A DNA stretch of 63,775 bases, filler included, from Octopus bimaculoides (GCF_001194135.2; 7 parts of 6 records of this genome joined end to end with filler, not necessarily neighbours in it); one strand, 5' to 3'. Shown: positions 1-11,706, counted from the first letter of the whole stretch. A program made the numbers and translations. Notes: generated by a model from the letters alone, not told the origin.

Positions 1-17
1 ATATATATATACTACAC

Positions 18-173
18 TCTTGGAGTGGTTGACATTAGGAAGGGCATCCAGCTGTAGAAACTCTGCCAAATCAGATTGGAGCCTGGTGTAGTCTTCGGGT
101 TCCACCAGTCTTCAGTCAAATCGTCCAACCCATGCTAGCATGGAAAGCGGATGTTAAACGATGATGATGATGA

Positions 174-176
<3 letters not shown>
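18..176 (+). mobile_element. RTE LINE 3' terminal fragment (~160-bp conserved tail ending in (GAT)n)
   Basis: The tail ggaagggcatccagctgtagaaactctgcc...catgctagcatggaaagcggatgttaaacgatgatgat also occurs at 1450-1620, 35751-35920 and 54016-54186. At 1450 and 35751 it is attached to RTE ORF2 coding remnants. Confidence 0.8.
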
Positions 177-220
<44 letters not shown>

Positions 221-258
221 TATATATGGATGTATACATATATGTGTGTGTGCATATA

Positions 259-648
259 TTCTTTTACTTGTTTAAGTCATTTGACTGTGGTCATGCTGGA
301 GCATTCCCTTAAAGGGTCTTTTAGTTGAAGAAATAAACCCCAGGACTTATTCTTCGTAAGCCTAGTAATTATTCTATCAATTTCTTTTTCTGAACTCCTA
401 AGTTATGAGAATGTAAACACACCAACATCGGTTCTCAAATGATAGTAGGGGAATAAAAAAACACACACACACACATAAATATATACATATGACAGGCTTC
501 TTTCAGTTTCCATCTGCCAAGTCCACTCACAAGGCTTTGGTCAACCCAAGGCTGTAGTAGAAGACACCTACCTAAGGTGCCACACAGTGGGACTGAACCC
601 GGATCCGTGTTATTGGGAAGCAAGCTTCTTACCACATAGTCATGTCTG
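259..648 (-). mobile_element. Composite tRNA-derived SINE family A (tRNA-like head, body, internal CA/TA microsatellite, second module)
   Basis: The minus strand has a head with a B-box-like ggttcagtccc and body caccttaggtaggtgtcttctactacagcc...gaaactgaaagaagcc, then a microsatellite, then the module shared with 11530-11706, 13102-13290 and 55065-55260. Confidence 0.75.
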
Positions 649-714
649 CACCTTAATATATATATGTATACACAGACACACTCTCATGTATATGTACATA
701 TATATAACCTGTAC

Positions 715-990
715 AGTAAATATATAAACAGGGCTAATTTAGCTATTTCTCCACAGATGAAAAAAAATGATTAATAACCTTAATTGATTTTTGAATCTTA
801 TTGGCCGCTCATCAGAGGTATCTTCATCAATTTGATCAATCCCAGTGAAATAAGCTGTCAATTTGTTTACATACTCAACAATTACGGTAGCTACAGAAAA
901 TTGAGGTTATTAATTTGCATACTATAAGTGTTTATACTGTATTTAATATCAGGAACCTGTCAACGACGATCTCAGCCCTCACAGTATCCA
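715..990 (-). repeat. Interspersed repeat with degenerate hammerhead-like core (copy 1)
   Basis: The minus strand reads gatacct-CTGATGA-gcggcc-aata-agattc-AAAA-atcaattaaggttatt. It aligns over ~250 bp with 31875-32125. Confidence 0.55.
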
Positions 991-1207
991 GGTACATATG
1001 TATATATAAATACATATATCTATATACATTCAGTTTAATACACCATCAACTTAGATATAAAGTCCCAGTGAACATGAATTTTATAATAGACTCCTCACTA
1101 CTCTCAGTATTGAATTAATAAATATTTGTCAGTAAATACTCTACTGTTAATAATAACCTCAACTGAACATTTTCATACACAGATATATATATATATACAT
1201 ACACACA

Positions 1208-1364
1208 CAGGCATGGCTGCATGGTAAGAAACTTTGCTTCCCAAGCACATGGTTCTGGGTTCAGTCCCACTGCATGACACCTTGGGCAAGTGTCTTCTAC
1301 TATAATCTCAGGCCGACCAAAGCCCTGTGAGTGGATTTGGTAGATGGAAACTGAAAGAAGCCCG
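1208..1364 (+). mobile_element. SINE family A head and body
   Basis: ggcatggctgcatggtaagaa...ggttctgggttcagtcccactgc...gggcaagtgtcttctactata...gaaactgaaagaagcccg, followed by a TA/TG microsatellite. Confidence 0.8.
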
Positions 1365-1377
1365 TAATATATATATA

Positions 1378-1413
<36 letters not shown>

Positions 1414-1449
1414 CATATACATATTTATATATATGTGTATATATATATA

Positions 1450-2463
1450 CATCATCATCATCGTCGTTTAACGTCTGCTTTCCATGCTGGCATGGGTTGG
1501 ACGGTTTGACTGAAGACTAGTGTGCCAGAAGGCTGCACCAGGCTCCAATCTGATCTGGCAAAGTTTCTACAGCTGGATTCCCTTCCTAACGCCAACCACT
1601 CTGAGAGTGTAGCAGGTGCTTTTACATGCCACCGGCATGAGGGCCAGTCAGGCAGTACTGGCAACGACCACACTCAAAAGATGTTTTTTACGTGCCACCT
1701 GCATGGGAGCCAGTCTGGCAGCACTGGCAATGACCACACTTGAATGTTGTTTTTCATGTGCCACCAGCAGCACATGTGCCAGTAAGGCAACAATTGCAAT
1801 GATCAGGCTTGAATTGTGCTTTATATGTGCCACTGGCATGGGAGCCAGTCAGTGACTCTGGCAACGATCATACTTGAAAGGTGCTTTTAACGTTCCATTG
1901 GCACAAGTGCCAATCAGGTGGTACTGTCATTAGCCCCATCAGCAATTTTGATTTCACTTGCCTCAACAGGTCTTCGCAAGCAAAGTTTATTGTCCAATGA
2001 ATGAAGGGTATTCATAAGTGGGCTGGTTATACAACACTGGCATAGGCCACGGGTTATGGTTTCATTTAGCTTGTTGGGTCTTCTTAAGCACAGCATATCT
2101 CCAAAGGTCTCAGTCACTAGTCATTGCCTCGGCGAGGCCCAATGTTGAAAGGTTGTGCTTCACCACCTCATCCTAGGTCTTCCTGGGTCTACCTCTTCCA
2201 CAGGTTCTCTCAACTGCTAGGGTGTGACAGTTTTTCACACAGCTGTCCTCATCCATTCACAACACATGACCATACCGGTGCAGTCGTCTCTCTTGCACAC
2301 CACATCTGATGCTTCTTAAGTCCAACTTTTCTCTCAGGGCACTTACACTCTGTCATGTATGCACACTGACATTACACATCCAGCGGAGCATACTGGCTTC
2401 ATTCCTTGCAAGCTTACGCATGTCCTCAGCAGTCACAGCCCATGTTTCACTGCCATGTAGCAT
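1450..2463 (-). mobile_element. RTE LINE, 3' part (ORF2 C-terminus, 3'UTR with tandem repeats, terminal tail)
   Basis: The minus frame encodes MLHGSETWAVTAEDMRKLARNEASMLRWMCNVSVHT, typical of the RTE post-RT region. It ends in the conserved tail plus (GAT)n; the 5' side runs into an N gap. Confidence 0.85.
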
Positions 2464-2811
2464 NNNNNNNNNNNNNNNNNNNNNNNNNNNNNNNNNNNNN
2501 NNNNNNNNNNNNNNNNNNNNNNNNNNNNNNNNNNNNNNNNNNNNNNNNNNNNNNNNNNNNNNNNNNNNNNNNNNNNNNNNNNNNNNNNNNNNNNNNNNNN
2601 NNNNNNNNNNNNNNNNNNNNNNNNNNNNNNNNNNNNNNNNNNNNNNNNNNNNNNNNNNNNNNNNNNNNNNNNNNNNNNNNNNNNNNNNNNNNNNNNNNNN
2701 NNNNNNNNNNNNNNNNNNNNNNNNNNNNNNNNNNNNNNNNNNNNNNNNNNNNNNNNNNNNNNNNNNNNNNNNNNNNNNNNNNNNNNNNNNNNNNNNNNNN
2801 NNNNNNNNNNN

Positions 2812-2846
<35 letters not shown>

Positions 2847-2879
2847 TTACATATGTGTGTCTGTGCTTGAAATCACATG

Positions 2880-3180
2880 TCAAGCTAAGTAAAAGCATGG
2901 CTACCCTTGCATACAGGCTCATCACCTACAACCTCCTCCAGCTGAGTTGCCCTAATCTTGCAGGGTTGTAGGTGTTGGTGCTACGTAAAAAAAGCACCCA
3001 CGTTGGTGCTGCATAAAAGCACCCAGTATGCTCTGTGAAGTGGTTGGCATTAGGAAGGGTATCAAGCTGTAGAAACCATGCCAAAACAGAGAGGGAGCCT
3101 GAACAGCCCTTCAGCTGGTCAGTTCCTATCAAACTGTCCAACCCATACCAGCACGGAAAACAGACGTTAAATAATGACAG

Positions 3181-3211
<31 letters not shown>

Positions 3212-3230
3212 AATGATGATGATGGTGGTA
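2880..3230 (+). mobile_element. RTE LINE 3'UTR and tail
   Basis: Short gcac/aaaaag repeats, then gtggttggcattaggaagggtatcaagctgtagaaacc...aacagacgttaaat and (GAT)n. Confidence 0.7.
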
Positions 3231-3319
3231 GTGGTAGTGGTGGTGGTGGTATACAAGGTGTGGAGAACAATCTATCGTCAGAATTATGTAAGAATGAAAA
3301 CAACACTGACATTTCATTT

Positions 3320-4045
3320 TAACAGATGTATTTACCAAAATTACATAAAAATATCTTGAAATACTAAAGAGTAAATTTATTCACTAAAGATGCCATAGGC
3401 TTCAACTATGGCCTCCAGATGACTTTGGAATCTTCTACAATTCTTCTGGATGGTCTTTTTAATTTGGTGAATGCTACCATAATCCTTGCATTCAGTTCAT
3501 CTTTGGTGTTACAAGGAGTTTTGTTGTCTCTTGCTCAATTGCACCTCACACAAAATAGTCAAAGGGGTTGCAGTCTGGGGAGTTAGGTGGCCAGATGTTA
3601 GAGATGGCGTGGTCACAGAAATTGTCTGACAGCCATGACTGGGTTCTCCTGCTTGTGTGGCATGGTGCAGAGTCCTGTTGCCAGACATAGGGTCTTCCAG
3701 CAGCTACCCTCTTGACCCAGAGCAGCACTACCTCCTCCAGGTACTTGATGTAGGCCTCCATGTTGAGTCTGAGGAAAATGACTGGAAGCATAACATTGCC
3801 ATCACTAGTGATCACTCCAAACATTATGATGTTGACTGGACGTTAGATTTTTATCACTCTTGGTACATGTCCTCAGATTACACTCCGCAGATTGACACCC
3901 AAACACTCTGAAATGATTGTATTGGAGCTTCTGGCACAAATACCAAGCAATACAGCATGTTTTTCCAAATTTTTGGAAGAGTGAATTGCATCATGGTGAT
4001 GTTTTCCTAACAGGTGGTGCCCAACTAACCCTACTATACTGTGTA
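3320..4045 (-). mobile_element. Tc1/mariner transposase relic, DD37D (maT/mori-like)
   Basis: ORF 3546-3824 contains WQQDSAPCH...WPPNSPDCNPFDY. I count 37 residues between the second and third catalytic Asp. Confidence 0.85.
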
Positions 4046-4303
4046 GTTGCCAAAATCAACAACAAACTATGTACATGCATAAAAGGAAAAATATAAAATA
4101 GCAACAATTTATCCATCACACCTGGTATATGTATATATATATATATATATATATACACATACGCACACACATAAATGTATGTAAATATATATGTGTACAT
4201 ATGTGTTGGTTTGTATATGCATAAATACACACATAATTATATACACAGATGTATATATTTATATATTTATATGTATGTAAATACACGTACACACACACAT
4301 TTA

Positions 4304-4338
<35 letters not shown>

Positions 4339-4855
4339 TTGTATAATTGTGAATGTATCCACACACACACACACTCATCTGCATACACTCACACATTCAC
4401 ACATATCCACACCTACACACAAACCTACATACACAGACATATATATATAAACATATTTAATTTTAGAAAATAGAAGACAAACAATGTCATTGATATTTCA
4501 AAATCTGAAAGAGTTGATAGTTCTTTTAAAGTTTTACCAGAGACCAGCTTCACTAGACTGTCAGACTGTCGGTTCTGTAATTGTTAGTGCTAGTAATATG
4601 CTTAAAGCTAGTGTATGTGTGTGCTATAGTGACTAGTGTACAGGTGGAGTTTATAGAAGAGACATTTGTTGAATTGTCGTATTTTGAAGTTGGGTTTAAA
4701 GATACATTATTAATTAGGAATGGAAAGTATGTGGAGAAGGGAGAAACAATGTCTGGAGAAAGAAAAGTAAATGGGTTTGCAGACAACTGAAATAGCTGTT
4801 TAGCTTATGTTCTTAGACAATTAAATTCTTGAGACAGCAGAAGACAACACACAGG

Positions 4856-4920
<65 letters not shown>

Positions 4921-5019
4921 ACGTATGTACGTATGTATGTATGTATGTAGGTATGTAAGCTGATGATCTTGCCCTCATAGCAGAATCTCAGGAGTGGAAA
5001 CAAAACCTGTAATCAGAGG

Positions 5020-6091
5020 GTCTTAAAGTTAACTTAGCAAAGACCAAAATCCTAGTAAGCAAGAAATCAAACAGTACCCTAGTGACTTATGTAAATAGCC
5101 TTGTTTGATATGTAGGAAGGGTGTAGGTAGAAATTCCATTTGGTGTACCCAGAGCAAGCTTGGGACACACAAGAGATGCAGTAAAATAGTAGGAAGGTTA
5201 ACAGAAAGAAGTGTTTGTATATGGAAGATGTACAAGAGTCATAAAGACTACAGATATTTGAGAAACTGATTCCCTTGGAGGTAGTAGTAGATAATTTCTG
5301 CTACCTTGGTGACCTAATTAGCAGTGGAGGAGGATGTATCGAAAATACAATTGCTAGAATAAGAATAGGATGGAGAAAGTTCAGAGAACTTTTACCTCTG
5401 TTGGCAACCAAAAGTCATTCTTTCTGAGCAAAAGGAAGTTTGTATGATGCATGTGTTTGAACTGTAATGCTACATGGTTACCGAATGCAGCAGACATATG
5501 AAGACAAGTGAGGAAGAAAACGGGTCTGCTCTGCTGGATGTGCAATGTCAGTGTGCATATGCAATAGAGCACTAGTGTATTGAGAGAAAAGTTAGGTACA
5601 AGATGGATTAGATGCAATATGCAAGAGAGAAGATTGTTCATATGTGCAGATGGATAAGGACAGTTGCATAAAGAAGTGCTGATCACTTGAAGTGGAGGAA
5701 AGTTGTGGAAGAGTGAGACCCAGGAAGATATGTGATGAAGTATTGAAGGCTGATATCAAAATGCCGAACCTTATGAAGGAAATGACAAAAGACCAAGATA
5801 TATGGTGCAGTGTTGTATTCAAGAAGACCTGACCACCACAACAGAGTTAATATCTAAGACCAAGGTGTAAAAAGAATTGGTGCTGATTCCATGTAGAAAT
5901 CACTGGTGCTGGTACCGCATAAAATGCACTGGTGCTGGTGCAGTGTAAAAAGTACTAGTATTGGTGCCATGTGAAAAGCACTGGTGATGGTGCTGCATAA
6001 AAAGCACTGATGATGATGCCACGTAAAAAGCACAGGTGATAGTGCCACATAAAATGCACTATCACCTGTGCTTTTTACGTGGTATCATCAT
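5020..6091 (+). mobile_element. RTE LINE ORF2 C-terminal relic with 3'UTR
   Basis: Frameshifted translation: SIWCTQSKLGTHKRC (Cys/His-rich), DNFCYLGDLISSGGGCIENTIARIRIGWRKFRELLPLL, LLCWMCNVSVH, GRVRPRKI. The 3'UTR has short ctggtg/aaaagcac repeats. Confidence 0.85.
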
Positions 6092-6891
6092 GTGCACACA
6101 CACATCCAAAATTGATAATCACAACTAAACTCACAGTGCTCTGAGACAACAGACTGACATTTCTCACCAAATGAAGGAAGTCAAATATCAAGATTTTATT
6201 AATGAGGCTCTTGTCAAATGATGTCATGCAGCCTCATTCCTCATTGAAATTGAGAACTGCACCTGCAGTTTCTCAGCAAGATAAGTGTGCTATTTCTTGC
6301 AGAAATAACTGAAGAAAGCCATTTGGGAGAGACCCATGGCAACTGACTCTGGCTCAATGTAGTTGAAGTTGACAAGAAAACACAGATGGAACCCTTCTGA
6401 TGACAAGGCTAATTCAGTCTTCACTGCTTTGCTCAGGCAAAGCAAACAAGCTAACTGGCAAAATGCTTGTAACCATAAGATACTGGCTGAAAATGCAGTG
6501 GGGATACTAACATTGCAATAACTTTAATCACCACCAAGAAAAGACATTGGAATATCTTTAAGTAATGCTTGCAGTTTCTGCTTCAGACAAAGCATTTCTG
6601 ATATTTATTTCACCAATGTGTGTGTGTATGTGTGAGTATGTGTGTGTGCATGTATACACACATACATAGATATATATGAAAATACATAAATACATACACA
6701 TATATGACTATGAGCATGCTTATTTACATGTTACTAATTGTATAATGTTAGTTACTGATTAATAAAATCTCTTATTAGCTTTGGGATATTTACTCCATTG
6801 CATTATATATGGTTTATATTTACATTTCCACTCAACCATATTTTCATGTTTGCTAATTTTTCAGTTTTAGGTTGTTCTTAGTTTATTACTA

Positions 6892-6931
<40 letters not shown>

Positions 6932-7089
6932 NNNNNNNNNNTATTATTATTATTATTGTTGTTGTTGTTGTTGTTGTTGTTGTTATTTTTGGTGTTGTTG
7001 TTGTTGCTGTTGTTTTTGTTTTAGTTGTTATTATAGTTATTATTGTTATTTAAATGTTGCACAGTATCCAATATTGTGATGTTGTTGAT

Positions 7090-7600
7090 TGAAGATATTG
7101 TGTCTACCGGGGGTTTGTACTGTCTTTCAAGTCACAACGAGGACCTCAGAAAGACAGTACTTTGAGCAATATACATGAAGTTCCAAGTAATATTAATTTT
7201 TGCAATATACTTTGATTGTAGGGTTTTTCTAAAATTTTCAGATGTTTCTTCAGATTGGGTGGTATTGAACCCAATGCTCCAATGACAATACGGACGACCT
7301 TTATGTTTGACTCTCGTAGTTGCCATTTCTTGGCGATCTCAATTCTCAGGTCTCCATATCTGTCGACCTTTTCTTTCATCATGATGTGTTGATCTCTTGG
7401 CACTGCCATGTCAATTATTAAGCTCTCTTGTTTGTCCCTCCTAAAAGTTACTATATCTGGCCTTCAGTATCCTAACACCTTGTCTGTCTGGAAGTCAAAG
7501 TCCCAGAGGATTTTCCGGTGTATGTTGGTATCGAGCATCTGTTACCTCGTATCCATACTTTTGGCATTATTATCATTGTTATTCACAACAGATTAGACTG
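7090..7600 (-). mobile_element. RLE-type non-LTR retrotransposon (R4/Dong-like) C-terminal fragment
   Basis: ORF 7146-7409 reads MAVPRDQHI..KEKVDRYGDLRIEIAKKWQL..IVIGALGSIP..LQKLILLGTSCIL, the restriction-like endonuclease tail. It lies next to an (ATT)n/(GTT)n tract. Confidence 0.8.
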
Positions 7601-8870
7601 TTGGAAAAGAAAAATTCCTAGCATTGTGTTACAAGTAACCTTAGATGCCAAGAACCCTTCTAAGTATCCTAGCTGTCTCTAATAACATTGTTTTCTGGAG
7701 CTGTACTAAACTGGGTTTTATGCCTATTTCCTCTATCCATATGTTCAAGTCTTTAGGGATAGTCCTAATGCACCTATAACTACTGGGATACATTTTACCT
7801 GCACTTTCCATAATCTCTGTAATTCACTGGCTAGGTGCTGGTATTTTGCTATTTTTCTTTACCTCTCATATTGATTTTTTTCATCATTTGGGACTCTAAA
7901 GTCAATTATGTAGCACTTTTGATTCCCTATATCTACTAAATCAGACCTTCTAGCTTCTATTACTCTGTCAATCTGAATGTTAGAGTCCAACAACATCTTA
8001 TATTAATTACTTTCTAGTACTTTACTAGGTTCATGTCCATACCATTTATCAATATGTTGAAATCCTAGCTTTCTAAATAACTCCCAGTGGATTACTCTCC
8101 CTATGTTGTCACATATTTTCTTGCATTCTTTTTGTGCCAGCATGCTACATTCACCTACTATACGAGTAACACTTTCCTCTTTTGATTTGCATACCCTACA
8201 CTGGGAATCTACTTGGTTTTTGTCTATCTTGGTTTTTATCTAATTAGTCCTTAATGCTTGATCTTGTACTGCTACTAACAAACTTTCTGTCTTCCCTTTC
8301 AGCCTTCCTTTCTGCAACCATAACCATGTCTCACTACTACTATTTGTTGCAACTATCTTTGGGAATCTACCATGCAAAGCCTTCTCCTGTCAGTCAGATA
8401 GCTTTTGCTCTTTTCTCTGCTTTTTAATTTCGTTTTTTCTTTTTTTTTTGTGTGGTTTCCCTATGTCTTGCTGTGACTCTGGCAGCTTTTAATAAACTTT
8501 CTTCACTATTACCTACGTAAGAGTCTGTATCTACTCTAGATAACTCCAAGTCTTCTACTGAGATTAACTCTTCTACTGAGATTAACTCTTCTACTGAGAT
8601 TAGCTCTTCTACTGAGATTAACTCTTCTACTAAGATTAACTCTTCTACTGAGATTAACTCTGCTACTGATATTAACCCTTTTTCACCTTCTTTTCTAGGC
8701 AAGTATGATCTTGCTACTCCTATTCTTGGGTGGAGTCCTCCATTCATATTGAATTCCTTTCTAGTTCTTCTGTCTAGCTTTGCTAATTCAGTTTTTGTCT
8801 AATCTACAAAAGTTGCTGAGTATCTAAGTAATGATACTGCCTTCTGATACTGTCTCCAAGGACCCAACAA
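7600..8870 (-). mobile_element. RLE-type non-LTR retrotransposon (R4/Dong-like) fragment
   Basis: The minus strand gives MNGGLHPRIGVARSYLPRKEGEKGLISV, a CCHC-like CRVCKSKEESVTRIVGEC, and PD..D nuclease remnants. It carries an internal 18-bp tandem expansion. Confidence 0.8.
8552..8677. repeat. 18-bp minisatellite, 7 copies (cttctactgagattaact)
   Basis: Directly visible; it reads (LISVEE)n in the LINE frame. Confidence 0.9.
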
Positions 8871-9506
8871 TAATTGGCACTATCTTTACTGTCTTCCTTT
8901 TCCATAGCTAGGCTACTCTGTACTTAAGAGGGTTGTATTTATCTATTCTTTTGCCTTCCTTCTTGACTATTCATAGGTCAAAGAGGCACACAACTTCAAC
9001 TATATAGCGCATGTGGTGCATATTATTATACTTTCGGAGGTCAATAAAATTAGTACCATTTGGGTGCTGGGAATCAATGCAATCTATTACCCTTCCCACT
9101 AAAATTTCAGGTCTTGTACCTATAGTAGAAAAGATTATTATTATTATTATTATAATTATTATTATTGATTTGACTCAGGTTTGTTCTTATTCCTGGTAGT
9201 ATTTATGTGGGTAGTGAGTTACTACCTGTGATCTTAGGTATCCGTAAGCTTTCAATAGTTTTTCAGGTGCTTAGGAATCCCTGATAATCTTTCCTGTACC
9301 TCAGAGGCAAATGTTCCATAGAAGCACTACAGGACATTCTTTTCCAATCTCCTTCAACCATTTGTCTATATCTTTGCTTACAGTTCCCAATGCACCAATA
9401 ATTACAGGTACAACCTGTACAGTTTTCATATTCCAAATTCTTGCAATTTCAAATTTTAAGGGATTATATATTATTGTTGTTGTTGTTGTTGTTATTATTA
9501 TTATTT

Positions 9507-9960
9507 AATTGACTTTTGTTTTGCATTTGTACAAGTGGGATCCAAGTCTCACCCAGAGACCTCAAGAGACGACAAGTTAGAAGTTCATGTAGGTGTTATG
9601 CCTAGGGTACCATATATTTGGATTTGTACATAGTGTTGTTCTAGAGAATGTTTAAAAAATCATAAGAAAATTGTGTTTGTTTTAAAATTTGAGATCACAT
9701 CGACAGTATTTTACGTAGGATATGGGCAGTTCCCATGAGCACTATCTTTTGAACTTCAGCCATTTTGGGGTTTCCTGGTATCTGAGCTAGGTAGTAATCA
9801 GCTCGTTTCGCTGTCATTCCCAGGACACCTATGACAATAGGTATTATTTTAGTCTTCAGGTTCCACATTTTGCTAATTTCTATTTCAAGATCTTTATATT
9901 TGCTCAGTTTTTGGTAGGTCTTGACAGATACGTTTATATCGATTGGGACAGTCATATCAA
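9507..9960 (-). mobile_element. 5'-truncated RLE LINE (R4/Dong-like) flanked on both sides by (TAA)n
   Basis: DMTVPIDINVSVKTYQKLSKYKDLEIEISKMWNLKTKIIPIVIGVLG..VQKIVLMGTAHILRKILSM*, then a 3'UTR ending in aataataat. Confidence 0.85.
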
Positions 9961-9978
9961 TTATTATTATTATTATTA

Positions 9979-10010
<32 letters not shown>

Positions 10011-10399
10011 TCTATTATTATTATCATGGTGATGAGCTGGCAGAACCCAAAAGAATGAAAGGCCAAGTCAACCCTGGCAGCATTTGAACTCAGAATGTGA
10101 AGTCAGAAGAAATGCTGCTAAGCATTTTGTCCAGCATAGTAACAATTCTGCAGCCTTAAGGATTATTATAACTATTAAGGGAGCAAGTTGGTAGAAATGT
10201 TGGTGACTCAGGCAAAATGCTTATAGGCATTTCTTCTGGCTCTTTACATCAGAGGTTGATGGAATCAACTAGCCCTGCACCTTCCCCCCACTCCCATAGT
10301 AGAAAAGATTATTATTATTATTCATAATTTTTGGCTCTTATCTTCACCATAACTTCTAGCTCTTAGGCACCATCATTGGTCACCTACTATTTATCTTTA

Positions 10400-10431
<32 letters not shown>

Positions 10432-11249
10432 CCCTATTCACAGCCTGTCATGTATCATATCATCATTCATCACTTACTATTATTATTATTATTCAGATCT
10501 CTGTGACTTACCATAGACGAAATCCTCATTTTAGTTTATTTACTGTTAGGTTTATTCCTTATTTCATATACTTGATATATTTCACACTACCCTTCAACAT
10601 TCCACACCTTTAATTTTTTTATTGATAATTTATTTTTTCTCTTTTATTCTTAACTTGCTTATATTTCTACTTTTATTTTACAATGTTTTTATAATGTTTA
10701 TGTGTTTATATTTTCATTTTGATTTCTTTTTAATTTGTTTACTTTTTAATATTTTTCATTGCTGTTTTTATTTTTGTTTTACATTTTAAATGATTTATTC
10801 TCTATTTCTGGTCTCATTATTTTAAATCTTATAATTTACTGTTTATCATTATATTTTATATATATTTTATATTTTGTGATTTGACATTATTATTCTATAT
10901 CTGATTGATATATTTCTCAGCTTATTTGATATATATTATTCCAAGTTGTATTTCTCGCATGAAATTTTCGTTATTTCTTTCATTAAATTTTTATTCATAA
11001 CATTTTTATAATTTTATTTGTCATATATATTATATTTCTTTTTTTTTTTTAAATATGTTCCTTTTTTATTCCATTTTCCTATCTCGATTTTTACAATTCC
11101 ACTTTAAATTTCCTCTTTATATTTCCATATTATCATTTATGTTTGCATTTTATATATATCAAAGTTTTTCAATATTTTAACTGTTTAGAGTACTTTCTAA
11201 CACACCTGAAACTTCATTCATCATATTATACACATCCAGACACAGACAT

Positions 11250-11706
11250 GTCTGTGTGGTTAACAAATTTGCTTTTGCAGCCACATGGTTCCAAGTTCAG
11301 TTCCACTATGCAACTCCTTAGGCAAGTATCTTCTGCTGTTGCCCTGGGTTGATCAATGCCTTCTGAGTGAATTTAGTAGAAAACTGTGGAAGTATGTCAT
11401 ATGTATGTATGTATGTATGTATGTATGGATGGATGGATAGATGTGTGTGTCTGTGCACATGCGTGTGTGTGTGTGCATGTGTGTATATATGTGCCTGTGA
11501 GTGTGTTTGTGTGTGTTTGTGTATGTGTCTGTGTGTGTATGCTTGTCCCCACACCATCACTTGACAATTGATGTTTGCTTATTTATGTCCTCTGTGACTT
11601 AACAGTACAGCAAAATAAGTACTGGGAAGCAATTTTTTTCACTAAATCCCTTGAGGCAGTGCTCCAGCAGGACTGCAATCCAATGAGAGAAACAGGTTAA
11701 AGAATA
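11250..11706 (+). mobile_element. Composite SINE family A, near full length
   Basis: Head and body, then a (TATG/TG)n microsatellite at 11397-11540, then the second module ending gaaacaggttaaaagaataag. Confidence 0.7.

Noticed and set aside
2309-2971. Long ORFs spanning N runs (also 15990-16766, 46513-46978 and others)
   Set aside because: They are open only because N codons contain no stops.
4116-4473. YI/CV/HT/LS-repeat ORFs here and throughout the window
   Set aside because: These are translations of di- and tetranucleotide microsatellites.
4581-4790. 69-aa ORF open on both strands
   Set aside because: No recognisable domain; more likely a decayed repeat fragment.
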